Positions 19,651 to 28,839 of a stretch of 39,612 bases of DNA are shown piece by piece. Location: assembly GCA_034722955.1 (NCBI GenBank), contig JAYEOM010000001.1, positions 75,160 to 114,771 of the forward strand, given 5' to 3'. The stretch is from Campylobacterota bacterium. GTDB taxonomy: Bacteria; Campylobacterota; Campylobacteria; Campylobacterales; Sulfurovaceae. The first letter of the stretch is position 1; every line of letters starts with the position of its first letter. Below the pieces are notes generated by a model. That model was not told where the DNA came from. It saw nothing but the letters and a program-made list of their open reading frames with translations, and did no database searches. The position numbers and the translations under genes are program-made.

Positions 19651-21493
19651 TTATATCCTTCATATAGTTTTTTACTTTTATCGCAAGTTGATCAGGCAAA
19701 ATTTCTAGTGACTCTTCAACTAATCTACTGTTTCCATGTGTAATAAAATCATCTTCATACTCAAATGAGTAGATGTTCACATCTTGTATCCTATTTTCAC
19801 TTAAAAAATCCAATAGAGCAGAGCCTACACCACCCATCTTGGCACTATCACTAAAGATAAACCAGCTTTTGTACTCTTGGGATAGCTTGGTTAGCTGCTC
19901 TATATCAAGAGGCTTTACAAACCGAAGATCTAAAATAGCAGGGTTGATACTCTCCAGATGGTTAGCTGTCTCTATAGCTCTGCCTACTCCATTGCCATAT
20001 CCGACAAATAGTACCTCTCTACCCTCTTGAAGCAGATCTGCTTTACCTAGTTCATACTCTGGTACATCACTATTCTCAGCACTAAAAGCACCCCTAGGAT
20101 AACGCAAAGCACAAGGGTGGTTGTACTCTTTGGCAAACTGCATCGCTTTTATCATGCTGTTTTCATTGTATGGAGCCATCAGTGTCATATTGGGGATAGC
20201 TCTTAGAAATGATATATCAAATACCCCTTGATGCGTCTCACCATCCTCTCCAACAATCCCCGCTCTATCGATAGCAAAGGTAACACCGAGATCCATGAGA
20301 GCTATATCATGAATAACTTGGTCGTAACCTCTCTGTAAAAAGGTAGAGTATATGGCACAAAAAGGCTTGAATCCCTCTTTTGCCAATGGTCCCATAGAGG
20401 TAACGGCATGCTGCTCAGCAATCGCTACATCCCAAAATCGCTCTGGGTATTTTTCCATCACGGCACTCATACCTGTACCGCTTGGCATAGCAGCAGTAAC
20501 ACCTACGATCTTCTCATCTTCATCTGCTAGCTTTAGCAGTGTATCGCTAAATATTGCTGTGGCAGCCTTGCCGCTCCCACCCTTGCTATGACTACTTCCT
20601 GTTTTTAGATCAAAAGCACTCACCCCGTGCCAATGCTCCTTGCTCCCCTCAGCGATCTCATACCCTTTGCCTTTGGTAGTTTGGGCATGTACTATAACTG
20701 GACGACCCAACTTCTTAGCTATCTCCAGGGTCTCTACAAGATCTTTTATATTATGACCATCAACCGGACCTATATACTCCAACCCCAACTCCTCAAAGAG
20801 CAGCCCGGGGGTGATAAGCATCAGTGACTCCTCAAATCTCTTTGCCATATATGTAGCACCATCGGGGAGATGTTCGAGTAGGTGCGTTGTACTCTTTTTC
20901 ATCTTTTGGAAAAAAGGGCTTGCCATACTTTGAGAGAGATATTTGCTGATGGCACCGATGGGTTTGGCGATACTCATCTCATTATCATTTAGGATGATCA
21001 CTACAGGGTACTTCCGATCACCCAACTCATTGAGAGCCTCATAGACCATACCGGCACTCATACTGCCATCACCGATAAAAGCAACAGGGATACGATCTTC
21101 TCCTTTGAGGGCTATCGCTTTGGCTGCACCAACTGCTAAAGAGACAGATGTAGAGCTGTGTCCTGCACAGTAGTAGTCAAAGTCTGACTCACTAGGTTTG
21201 GTATAACCACTGATGCCGTCAAATTGGCGTAGCGTATCAAATCTATCCCATCTATCGGTTAAAAGCTTATGTGCATATGCTTGGTGACTAACATCAAATA
21301 TAAATGGGTCACTCTTGGCATCAAAAACAAAATGCATCGCAATGATCAGATCAGTTGCCCCTAGAGTAGAGCTGAGATGTCCGCCATTTTGACTGACAGT
21401 CGAGAGAATCTTCTCCCTTATATCTTTGGCAAGTTCATCAAGCTCCTCAATGCTGCTACTCTTTATATCTCTATTTTCCATCTCTTGTCTCAT
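19643..21493 (-). CDS. dxs: 1-deoxy-D-xylulose-5-phosphate synthase
   Basis: [20 protein letters not shown] motif [20 protein letters not shown] and [15 protein letters not shown]. Start may be 21481. Confidence 0.98.
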   Translation of the reverse strand: MRQEMENRDIKSSSIEELDELAKDIREKILSTVSQNGGHLSSTLGATDLIIAMHFVFDAKSDPFIFDVSHQAYAHKLLTDRWDRFDTLRQFDGISGYTKPSESDFDYYCAGHSSTSVSLAVGAAKAIALKGEDRIPVAFIGDGSMSAGMVYEALNELGDRKYPVVIILNDNEMSIAKPIGAISKYLSQSMASPFFQKMKKSTTHLLEHLPDGATYMAKRFEESLMLITPGLLFEELGLEYIGPVDGHNIKDLVETLEIAKKLGRPVIVHAQTTKGKGYEIAEGSKEHWHGVSAFDLKTGSSHSKGGSGKAATAIFSDTLLKLADEDEKIVGVTAAMPSGTGMSAVMEKYPERFWDVAIAEQHAVTSMGPLAKEGFKPFCAIYSTFLQRGYDQVIHDIALMDLGVTFAIDRAGIVGEDGETHQGVFDISFLRAIPNMTLMAPYNENSMIKAMQFAKEYNHPCALRYPRGAFSAENSDVPEYELGKADLLQEGREVLFVGYGNGVGRAIETANHLESINPAILDLRFVKPLDIEQLTKLSQEYKSWFIFSDSAKMGGVGSALLDFLSENRIQDVNIYSFEYEDDFITHGNSRLVEESLEILPDQLAIKVKNYMKDINE

Positions 21494-21716
21494 CCAACAT
21501 AATCTTTATAATCTTTTTGGCAAAAAGGATCTTCTCTTCATCTGTAGGAAGTTGATGCTTTTTTGCCAATTTTCGGATCTCTTTTCTACTGCTTCTCTCT
21601 CTCAAGCGTTCCAGTAGCTGCATACTACTCAAATACTCTTCACTTTGGGTAAAAGAGTATAGTAGAAATCTTTTGGTTTTTGCCTCTCTTGCTTTGAGGA
21701 TATTGATGCGTCTCAA
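21471..21716 (-). CDS. small basic hypothetical protein (81 aa)
   Basis: Fills the hisC-dxs gap exactly. TTG start overlaps the hisC TGA and the stop overlaps the dxs start. No family recognised. Confidence 0.6.
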   Translation of the reverse strand: MRRINILKAREAKTKRFLLYSFTQSEEYLSSMQLLERLRERSSRKEIRKLAKKHQLPTDEEKILFAKKIIKIMLDETRDGK

Positions 21717-22810
21717 CCAATAACCTCGGAAAACTTTTGAAAAAAGATATCATTCTGCTCAGGTGTACCGACTGTGATTCTGATAGCATTCATCCCGTAT
21801 GATGCTAAATTACGAATAATTACACCCTGCTCTAGTAGCCGGTCGGCAACCTCCGTAGAGTCATATTTATGATCAAATAGATAAGTGATAAAGTTCGTAT
21901 AGCTATCGATATAGTTGACCCCTCTCCTCTTGGCAAAATCTTCATATCTTTGGATCTGCTCTTGATGCATTGTGATAGAGTCAGTTACAAACTGTTCATC
22001 CTTCAGAGCCTCTATGGCTGCTACAAGCGAGAGTGTTGTGATATTGAAAGGTGAACGAAGCTTTCCTAGTGTTTGGATGAGAGCAGAGTTTGCGATACCG
22101 TACCCCACACGCATTCCACCTAGACCATAAGCTTTGGAAAAGGTTCCTAGATAGATGACATTTGAGTAAGATAAGATATCTTTGGGTGATATCGCATGTC
22201 TAGCCTCCTTGGCAGCGGCATACTCCATATATGCACCATCGACGACAACTAGAGTATGCTCTTTGTCTACCGATTTGATGATCTTGATCACATCCTCCCT
22301 GCTGATCACGTCTCCTGTCGGGTTGTTGGGTGTACAGATATAGACGATCTCTGGTTTATGTTGCCCATAGGCAGCGATAAACTCATCTACTCTGTGTTGG
22401 TAGCTTGGTGTTCGGATTATTTTTGCTCCCATCTGTCTAGCATAGATCTCATACATAGCAAATGTCACTTGAGTCATCAATACACTACTCTTGTCGTTGA
22501 GAAATGTACGAGCGATAAACTCAAGAACCTGATCACTCCCTGCTCCTATAATAATCTCACTCTCTTTGAGACCATATTTGGCAGCAAGAGCCTCTTTGAG
22601 TTCATACATACTATCATCAGGATAGAGATGTGCTTTATGTGAACTCTGGGAGATCGCTCTCATGACAGAGGGGTTTGTTCCTATTGGGTTCTCATTGGAG
22701 GCGAGTTTTACTACTGCTTCGGGAGCAATACCAAACTCCCTTACGACCAATTCGATCGGTTTTCCTGCCTCATAACTCTTGACAGAGTCTAATACCTTGT
22801 TTGCTTTCAT
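21713..22810 (-). CDS. hisC: histidinol-phosphate aminotransferase
   Basis: KLASNENP, CTPNNPTG, DGAY and PLP-lysine motif TFSKAYGLGGMRVG. Confidence 0.96.
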   Translation of the reverse strand: MKANKVLDSVKSYEAGKPIELVVREFGIAPEAVVKLASNENPIGTNPSVMRAISQSSHKAHLYPDDSMYELKEALAAKYGLKESEIIIGAGSDQVLEFIARTFLNDKSSVLMTQVTFAMYEIYARQMGAKIIRTPSYQHRVDEFIAAYGQHKPEIVYICTPNNPTGDVISREDVIKIIKSVDKEHTLVVVDGAYMEYAAAKEARHAISPKDILSYSNVIYLGTFSKAYGLGGMRVGYGIANSALIQTLGKLRSPFNITTLSLVAAIEALKDEQFVTDSITMHQEQIQRYEDFAKRRGVNYIDSYTNFITYLFDHKYDSTEVADRLLEQGVIIRNLASYGMNAIRITVGTPEQNDIFFQKFSEVIG

Positions 22811-22824
22811 CTTTAACCCTTTTC

Positions 22825-23883
22825 TTATATATCGTCAGCCTCTTTGACATAAGAGCCCAAAAACTTGATAGATGCTTGGTGTTTTTCAAAAATCACTTTG
22901 ATCTCTTCATCTTCTATATGCCCATTAAACTCCAAGAAGAAGATAGAGGTGCCATCTACTATATGTGATTTTATCTTGGTTAAGTTGATGTTTGATTGTT
23001 CAAAATCGTTCAGGAACTCTACTAGAGCACCAGGCCTATTTGGTAGTTTGACTAGAATAGATGTCTTATCGCAACCACTAGAAGCATTTTCAAAATCACT
23101 AACTATGAAAAATCTTGTTCTGTTCTCACCATTATCCTCGATATTGTCAAATAGTACAGGGAGTCTGTACATAGTGGCTGCCACTTTGGCACATATAGCA
23201 GCACTAGCGGGAGTTTGTGCTGCAAGTCTTGCTGCTTTTGCGGTAGAGTCGACAGGGATCTGCTCTATCTCATCCAAGCCAAAATCTTCCATAAATTGAC
23301 TACACTGTCCAAAAGCAATATCTTTTGAGTATATCTTTTTGACCTCTCCTATGCTATCACTAGTACTAGCTAAAGCAAGGTGTATATCTATTACTACTTC
23401 AGCGATGATCTTTAGGTTGTATTGGCTTAGGCACTGTATAGTATCACTGACTATACCGTTGGAGCTATTTTCGATGGGGACAACACCAAATTTTGCTTTT
23501 CCATTTGCCACTTCACGAAAAACACCTCTGATGGTTCCGATCGGAAGATAAGCACTCATCGCACCAAAACGACTCTCTGCTGCTTGATGTGAAAAACTTG
23601 CTTCAGGACCTAGATATGCTATACGCTCAGGAAGTTCCAAGTTTCTAGCAACTGCAAAAAGTTCTAAAAATAGAGCATCTATAGCAGGGCCAGTTAACTT
23701 CCCGCTATTTTGAGTTTTGAGACGAGTCAAGATCGCTTGCTCTCTCTCTGGTCTGTAGATGGGTGCTCCTGTTGTGTTTTTTAGTGTTCCCACATCATGC
23801 ACATACTCCATACGCTCATTGAGTAGCTTCAGCAGTGTATCATCGATACGGTCTATATTGTCTCTCAACTCATCTAGTGTCAT
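22825..23883 (-). CDS. pheA: chorismate mutase/prephenate dehydratase (P-protein)
   Basis: N-terminal AroQ (LDELRDNIDRID), AYLGPEASFSH, VPIENSSNG, NRTRFF and an ACT domain. Start set at ATG 23883 (AAAGGA RBS). Confidence 0.96.
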   Translation of the reverse strand: MTLDELRDNIDRIDDTLLKLLNERMEYVHDVGTLKNTTGAPIYRPEREQAILTRLKTQNSGKLTGPAIDALFLELFAVARNLELPERIAYLGPEASFSHQAAESRFGAMSAYLPIGTIRGVFREVANGKAKFGVVPIENSSNGIVSDTIQCLSQYNLKIIAEVVIDIHLALASTSDSIGEVKKIYSKDIAFGQCSQFMEDFGLDEIEQIPVDSTAKAARLAAQTPASAAICAKVAATMYRLPVLFDNIEDNGENRTRFFIVSDFENASSGCDKTSILVKLPNRPGALVEFLNDFEQSNINLTKIKSHIVDGTSIFFLEFNGHIEDEEIKVIFEKHQASIKFLGSYVKEADDI

Positions 23884-23917
23884 TCCCGATCCTTTACTCT
23901 TTGGTGTTTTACACTTC

Positions 23918-25156
23918 CTAACTTCTGTTTTGCCAGCTGCCGTCACACGCTAGCTCTAGCCCTATCTGGTCCTCAAAGCTCTCTCTTTTTCTGATACAGT
24001 GATCCTCTCCACCTACCAATGCCACTTCTGCTGAACGCCCTCGTGTATTGTAGTTGCTTGACATAGTGAACCCATAAGCACCAGCACTATATATCACTAG
24101 CAAATCATTGTGTTCCAGAGGAGGCAGTGGTATATCTTTGCCAAAGAAATCACCACTCTCACAGATAGGACCTACGATATCAGCAGGTATCATCTCTCTA
24201 TCGTCTCTCTCCTCTTTGGTCATCGCCTCTATCTTGTGATATGCATTGTATAGACTTGGACGAATGAGATCATTCATAGCACCGTCAACTATCACAAAGC
24301 GTTTATCGCCATTCATCTTCTCATATAGGACTTTTGTCACAAAGTACCCGGCATTTGCCAGCATATAACGACCCGGTTCACAGAGTAGCGTCATATCCAA
24401 TCCTCTTGTCGCATCGAAAATAACATCAGCATAGGCTTGGGGGTGAATGGTTGTCTCATCTCTGTAGACTACGCCAAGACCACCGCCTACATCAAAAAAT
24501 TTGATATCTATATCGATAGCTTTGAGGTTTCGTACCAAATCAGCCACGATGTTACACGCCTCCTTGATGGGATCAAGCTCTGTCAATTGTGAGCCAATAT
24601 GAAAGTGTATACCTATAGGATTGAGGTGATCTGATCGCTTAGCATATATATACATCCGTTTTGCCACATCTATCTCTACTCCAAACTTGTTTTCATGTAG
24701 ACCTGTAGAGATGTATGGGTGGGTTTTGGGGTCTATATTTGGGTTGACACGAATCGAGATACGAGCCTCTATTCCCAACTCTTTGGCGATGAGTTCGACG
24801 CGTTTCATCTCAGCTTCACTCTCTAAGTTGAGCATCAAGATTTCACTATCAAGTGCCTCCCTGATCTCTTCATCTCGTTTGCCAACACCTGAGAAGATGA
24901 TCTTATACTTCTCTACACCAGCTTCTAATGCCCGCTTGACTTCACCGATGCTAACACAGTCTGCACCTGCACCCATCTGTGCAAGATGGCGAATGACAGA
25001 GAGGTTTGAGTTGGCTTTTACAGCATAAGTGATGAGAGATTTATGCCCCTCAAATGCCTCTTTTAGTTCACTGTAGCGAGCAGCAATATAGTCAAAATCA
25101 TAGAGATATAGCGGGGTGTCATATTTTTGTACCAGTCTGTTTAGATCTATATTCAT
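23918..25156 (-). CDS. lysA: diaminopimelate decarboxylase
   Basis: YAVKANSN, HPYISTGLHENKFG, HIGSQ, EPGR and GPICESGD. Start set at ATG 25156 (AGGAG RBS). Confidence 0.97.
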   Translation of the reverse strand: MNIDLNRLVQKYDTPLYLYDFDYIAARYSELKEAFEGHKSLITYAVKANSNLSVIRHLAQMGAGADCVSIGEVKRALEAGVEKYKIIFSGVGKRDEEIREALDSEILMLNLESEAEMKRVELIAKELGIEARISIRVNPNIDPKTHPYISTGLHENKFGVEIDVAKRMYIYAKRSDHLNPIGIHFHIGSQLTELDPIKEACNIVADLVRNLKAIDIDIKFFDVGGGLGVVYRDETTIHPQAYADVIFDATRGLDMTLLCEPGRYMLANAGYFVTKVLYEKMNGDKRFVIVDGAMNDLIRPSLYNAYHKIEAMTKEERDDREMIPADIVGPICESGDFFGKDIPLPPLEHNDLLVIYSAGAYGFTMSSNYNTRGRSAEVALVGGEDHCIRKRESFEDQIGLELACDGSWQNRS

Positions 25157-25218
25157 ACGCCATCTCCTGCAATTTGTAGTTTTAAAGGTGATTTTATCCA
25201 AAAATTACACTATTCGAG

Positions 25219-26298
25219 TTAAATCCTCTCTTTATCCCAAAAATAGATATATAGGGCATATAGTAACATGAGTATAATAGGAAGTGGTATAGCAAGCTCT
25301 GGAGGTAAGACACCATTGTGTCCCATTTGATTGAAAGCAAAGAGTACACCCCAAAATAGGAATGTTGCACCCAAAGAGAGTGAGAGTACTAGAGGCAGGT
25401 TCATATATCTAGCATGAAAAGGGATCTTAAAGAATAGTACCAGTAGTACAGCGATAGAAAATAGCGGGAAAACCGCCTTGGTGTATAGTGCAGATCTCAA
25501 CTTATTTGTATTGAGATTTTGCTTGCTCAGGAGTTGCAGTGCGTGGGCTGTATCGATGATATCGAGTGCTTTCCCCTCATATATCGATTCGATCATTTTA
25601 GGCTTGTATCCTACTAATGTTGTCAAATGTTTTCTCTCTTCAGTCTCATATCGTTTCAAACCTTTGTCATCATAGACCAGTTTTTTGATAAAGATATCTG
25701 TTGCCTCCCAGTCCTCACCATCATACTTTGCCTCTTTTGCATGAATAGTGTAGAGCAGATTATTGCCTGATAGTTTAAACAGGGTGATATTTTTCATCTC
25801 TTTTTTGATAGGATCTAATGTTTTGGCATATACAAAGTCACCCTCATAGATAAAAAATAGATCATTAAGTGCATAAGCACGCATCCCATCTTCCAGCATC
25901 GCTTGTGCTTTATCTTTAGCATAAGAGAACTCAGTAGATTGAAGTCCGACAAAAAAGAGATAGATGAGTGTTGCAACTGTAAGAAAAGGGAGAAAAAGCT
26001 GCCGTTTCGTATAGCCGAAACTATGCAGTACAACTATATTGCTACTTTTTATCAGGGATATCTTGGTCATGATCCCTGCAAAAATAATAGCAATAGGATA
26101 GAGCTGTGCGAGTGCCTCTTGCCACATTAAAAAGAGATATAGTATCATGTAGTTTGATGAAAATTCAAGTTTTTGTGAGTGCTGAAAGTAGTCGATCATA
26201 GCAAAAGCAAATGAGAGCCCCATCAAAAGAGCAGCAAAGTTTATAAAATAGTGTTTTGCTAAATAGAGAAAAGATAGTTTTGGACGAAAAAAACTCAT
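25219..26298 (-). CDS. LptF/LptG family LPS export permease
   Basis: 3 TM, a periplasmic beta-rich region, then 3 TM. Lies between pth and lysA as in Campylobacterota. Start ATG 26298 overlaps the pth TGA (ATGA). Confidence 0.85.
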   Translation of the reverse strand: MSFFRPKLSFLYLAKHYFINFAALLMGLSFAFAMIDYFQHSQKLEFSSNYMILYLFLMWQEALAQLYPIAIIFAGIMTKISLIKSSNIVVLHSFGYTKRQLFLPFLTVATLIYLFFVGLQSTEFSYAKDKAQAMLEDGMRAYALNDLFFIYEGDFVYAKTLDPIKKEMKNITLFKLSGNNLLYTIHAKEAKYDGEDWEATDIFIKKLVYDDKGLKRYETEERKHLTTLVGYKPKMIESIYEGKALDIIDTAHALQLLSKQNLNTNKLRSALYTKAVFPLFSIAVLLVLFFKIPFHARYMNLPLVLSLSLGATFLFWGVLFAFNQMGHNGVLPPELAIPLPIILMLLYALYIYFWDKERI

Positions 26299-26867
26299 AA
26301 GAGAAGCTTTTCGATCGATTTGAGGCTCTGTGTTGATTTGATTCGCTCTAGAGGTTCTTTGGGGATCTCCTGGCAAGCACCGCATACATGGCTAACCCAT
26401 CGATCGAGCATGCTGCTCTCCTCATCAGAGAAGTCATGCAGAACATAATCTGCAACTTGTGATTTGTATAGTGGCTTGTCTATCCCCATCCGTACACGAG
26501 TGTAGGCTTGTCCGCTCATACTATCAATGGATTTGAGTCCATTATGTCCCCCATGTCCACCGCCTTTTTTAAAACGCACTGCACCAAAAGGAAGATCAAG
26601 ATCATCATGGATGACGATGACACTACCTAGTTCGATTTTATAAAAATGTTGTACTGCTTGCAGACTTTTGCCCGAAAGGTTCATAAAAGTAGTGGGTTTT
26701 AAAAAAAGAAGATCTCTCTCTTTGAAGAGTTCTCCATGAAAAGAACTTTTGGATATATCTCTAGCTCCGTAGTGATCGACAAGCATATCGATCACACGAA
26801 ACCCAATATTGTGACGGGTTTTTTCGTAGCGGAGACCAGGATTACCTAGACCGACGAAAAGAGTCAT
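26295..26867 (-). CDS. pth: peptidyl-tRNA hydrolase
   Basis: VGLGNPG, TRHNIGF, KPTTFMNLSG, HDDLD and GGHNGLKSI. Confidence 0.98.
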   Translation of the reverse strand: MTLFVGLGNPGLRYEKTRHNIGFRVIDMLVDHYGARDISKSSFHGELFKERDLLFLKPTTFMNLSGKSLQAVQHFYKIELGSVIVIHDDLDLPFGAVRFKKGGGHGGHNGLKSIDSMSGQAYTRVRMGIDKPLYKSQVADYVLHDFSDEESSMLDRWVSHVCGACQEIPKEPLERIKSTQSLKSIEKLLL

Positions 26868-27404
26868 TTATTTCGCTTTAATGACACCACAGATCGCAAC
26901 ATCTGCTCTATCCATCATCACACAATTTGATGGAGTTTCGATATCTCTGATCAAAATAGACTCATCTCTATCAAGATCGGTTACATCTATTGTAAAGTTG
27001 TGAGGTATATCTTCAATCGCACCTCTCACTTTCAATCGTCTCTTGGATATAATCAAAACACCTTTGTTTTTCAATCCTTTTGCCACCCCTGTTGTCTTAA
27101 CAGGTACTAGATAGTTGCTAACTTGACCAGGTATTGCTACTCTCAAATCCACATGGAGGATATCTCCATTAACTGGGTGAAGTTGATACTCTTGAGCGAC
27201 AACGCTTAGCTCACTCTCTCCCACTTTGATAGGAAATGCAAAAGTCTCTTTGTTTCTTACTGCTCGTACAAACTCACCGCGTTTAAATGCAGCATTGATA
27301 TTCTCTACACCCTTTGCATAGATATTAGCGATTAGATAACCATCTCTTTTAAGTTGCTTTGCATTTTTCTTGCCGATACTCTCTCTAATAATGCCTTCTA
27401 ACAT
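26868..27404 (-). CDS. rplY: 50S ribosomal protein L25 / Ctc
   Basis: MLEGIIRESI, LIANIY and QLHPVNGDILHVDL. In rplY-pth order. Confidence 0.95.
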   Translation of the reverse strand: MLEGIIRESIGKKNAKQLKRDGYLIANIYAKGVENINAAFKRGEFVRAVRNKETFAFPIKVGESELSVVAQEYQLHPVNGDILHVDLRVAIPGQVSNYLVPVKTTGVAKGLKNKGVLIISKRRLKVRGAIEDIPHNFTIDVTDLDRDESILIRDIETPSNCVMMDRADVAICGVIKAK

Positions 27405-27492
27405 TCTAGTCCTTTGTATAAAATAGGATGGGATTATATCTCAAGCGAGCTGAAAATCCTCTAAAGCTCTTTTTGACTACCTAAAATTCTCT

Positions 27493-28653
27493 CTACTCCT
27501 CGTCATCCTCATCATCTTTGAATCCAAAGAACTCAGCCTCTTCACCCTCTCTATTCTCTTTCTTGATGGCACCCTTTCCGATACCTTCAAGTTTCAATTT
27601 CATATCTGATGCATTGGTAGCATTCTCTAGCACAACTTCTCTGCTGACTCTTCCTTGATCATACAGATCTATCAAAGCTTGGTCAAAAGTTTGCGTACCA
27701 TAGATATCTTTTCCGTCAAAAAGAGCATCGAGTATTTCGTTGTCACGATTCTCTTGGATTAGCTGCTCAACTCTAGCAGTTTTCTTGAGGATCTCAATAG
27801 CAGCTGCACGACCGCCATCTTTTGTTTTGACCAATCTTTGAGAGATAACGCCCTCCAGCACAGAGGCCAGTGAAGTTCTGATACGATTTTGTTCTGCTGT
27901 AGGGAACATACCTATGACCCTATCGATAGTCTCTTTGGAGTCTAGTGTATGCAGGGTTGAAAAGACCAAGTGTCCTGTATTGGCAGCATGTATCGCGATA
28001 TCTATTGTCTCAAGGTCACGCATCTCTCCGACCAAAATAATATCCGGATCTTCCCTCAAAGCTCCTCTTAGAGCATCACTAAATGAGTTTGTATCTTGAC
28101 CGATAGAGCGTTGGTTGACAAGACAACCTTTATCTTTGTGTACAAACTCAATAGGATCTTCGATAGTGATGATGTGTTTATTGTCACGATCATTTATCAT
28201 GTCGAGCATGGCTGCTAGTGTAGTAGATTTACCACTTCCTGTTACACCGGTTACGAGTACAAGTCCACGGTGAAATTCGGTAAAATCTTTGATGGCATCG
28301 GGAAGGTTGAGATCATCGATACTGGGTATATCTACGGGAATGATACGGAATACGGCACTATATCCATCCATCTGATGAAAATAGTTGACCCTAAAGCGAC
28401 TCTTTTCATCCAAAACATAGGTAAAGTCAAGGTTTTTATCTTTCTCTAGAGCTTCAAAATGCTCTTCCGTCAAAATCTCCCTAGCAAGTGTAATCATATC
28501 TTTTGCACTCAAACTCTCTTTTCCTAAGAGCTTAAGTGATCCACTAACACGAAGACGGACAATCGCACCAGCTTTTATATGAAGGTCACTTCCTCCGTTG
28601 GCTTTTAGACTCTTAAGATAAATTCTCAATCGTTTCTCTATAAGTTTTTCCAT
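27493..28653 (-). CDS. pilT: PilT/PilU family type IV pilus retraction ATPase
   Basis: GSDLH, Walker A GVTGSGKST, TIEDPIE, ALREDPDIILVGEMRD and His box TGHLVFSTLHT. The AIRNLIRE motif is diverged (RVEQLIQE), so PilT versus PilU is uncertain. Confidence 0.9.
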   Translation of the reverse strand: MEKLIEKRLRIYLKSLKANGGSDLHIKAGAIVRLRVSGSLKLLGKESLSAKDMITLAREILTEEHFEALEKDKNLDFTYVLDEKSRFRVNYFHQMDGYSAVFRIIPVDIPSIDDLNLPDAIKDFTEFHRGLVLVTGVTGSGKSTTLAAMLDMINDRDNKHIITIEDPIEFVHKDKGCLVNQRSIGQDTNSFSDALRGALREDPDIILVGEMRDLETIDIAIHAANTGHLVFSTLHTLDSKETIDRVIGMFPTAEQNRIRTSLASVLEGVISQRLVKTKDGGRAAAIEILKKTARVEQLIQENRDNEILDALFDGKDIYGTQTFDQALIDLYDQGRVSREVVLENATNASDMKLKLEGIGKGAIKKENREGEEAEFFGFKDDEDDEE

Positions 28654-28839
28654 TTTATACTCCCTGTTTTATGATTTTACCTCAAACTTTTGCATCAATA
28701 CCTTAAGGAGTCTCCCAAATTAGGTAGAATTTCAATAGAGAGTTCTTAACTTTATAATCTAAGTACAATTTAAGTATAATACTTTTTAATCAAAACTATA
28801 AAAATTATCAAAATTATCAAAAATAAAAGGAGTTTACAT

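Noticed and set aside
23884..23946. Apparent overlap of the pheA N-terminal extension with the lysA end; similar extensions for lysA, lptF/G, fabH and eno
   Set aside because: Downstream ATGs with good Shine-Dalgarno sites match the expected N-termini, so the extensions are longest-ORF artefacts.
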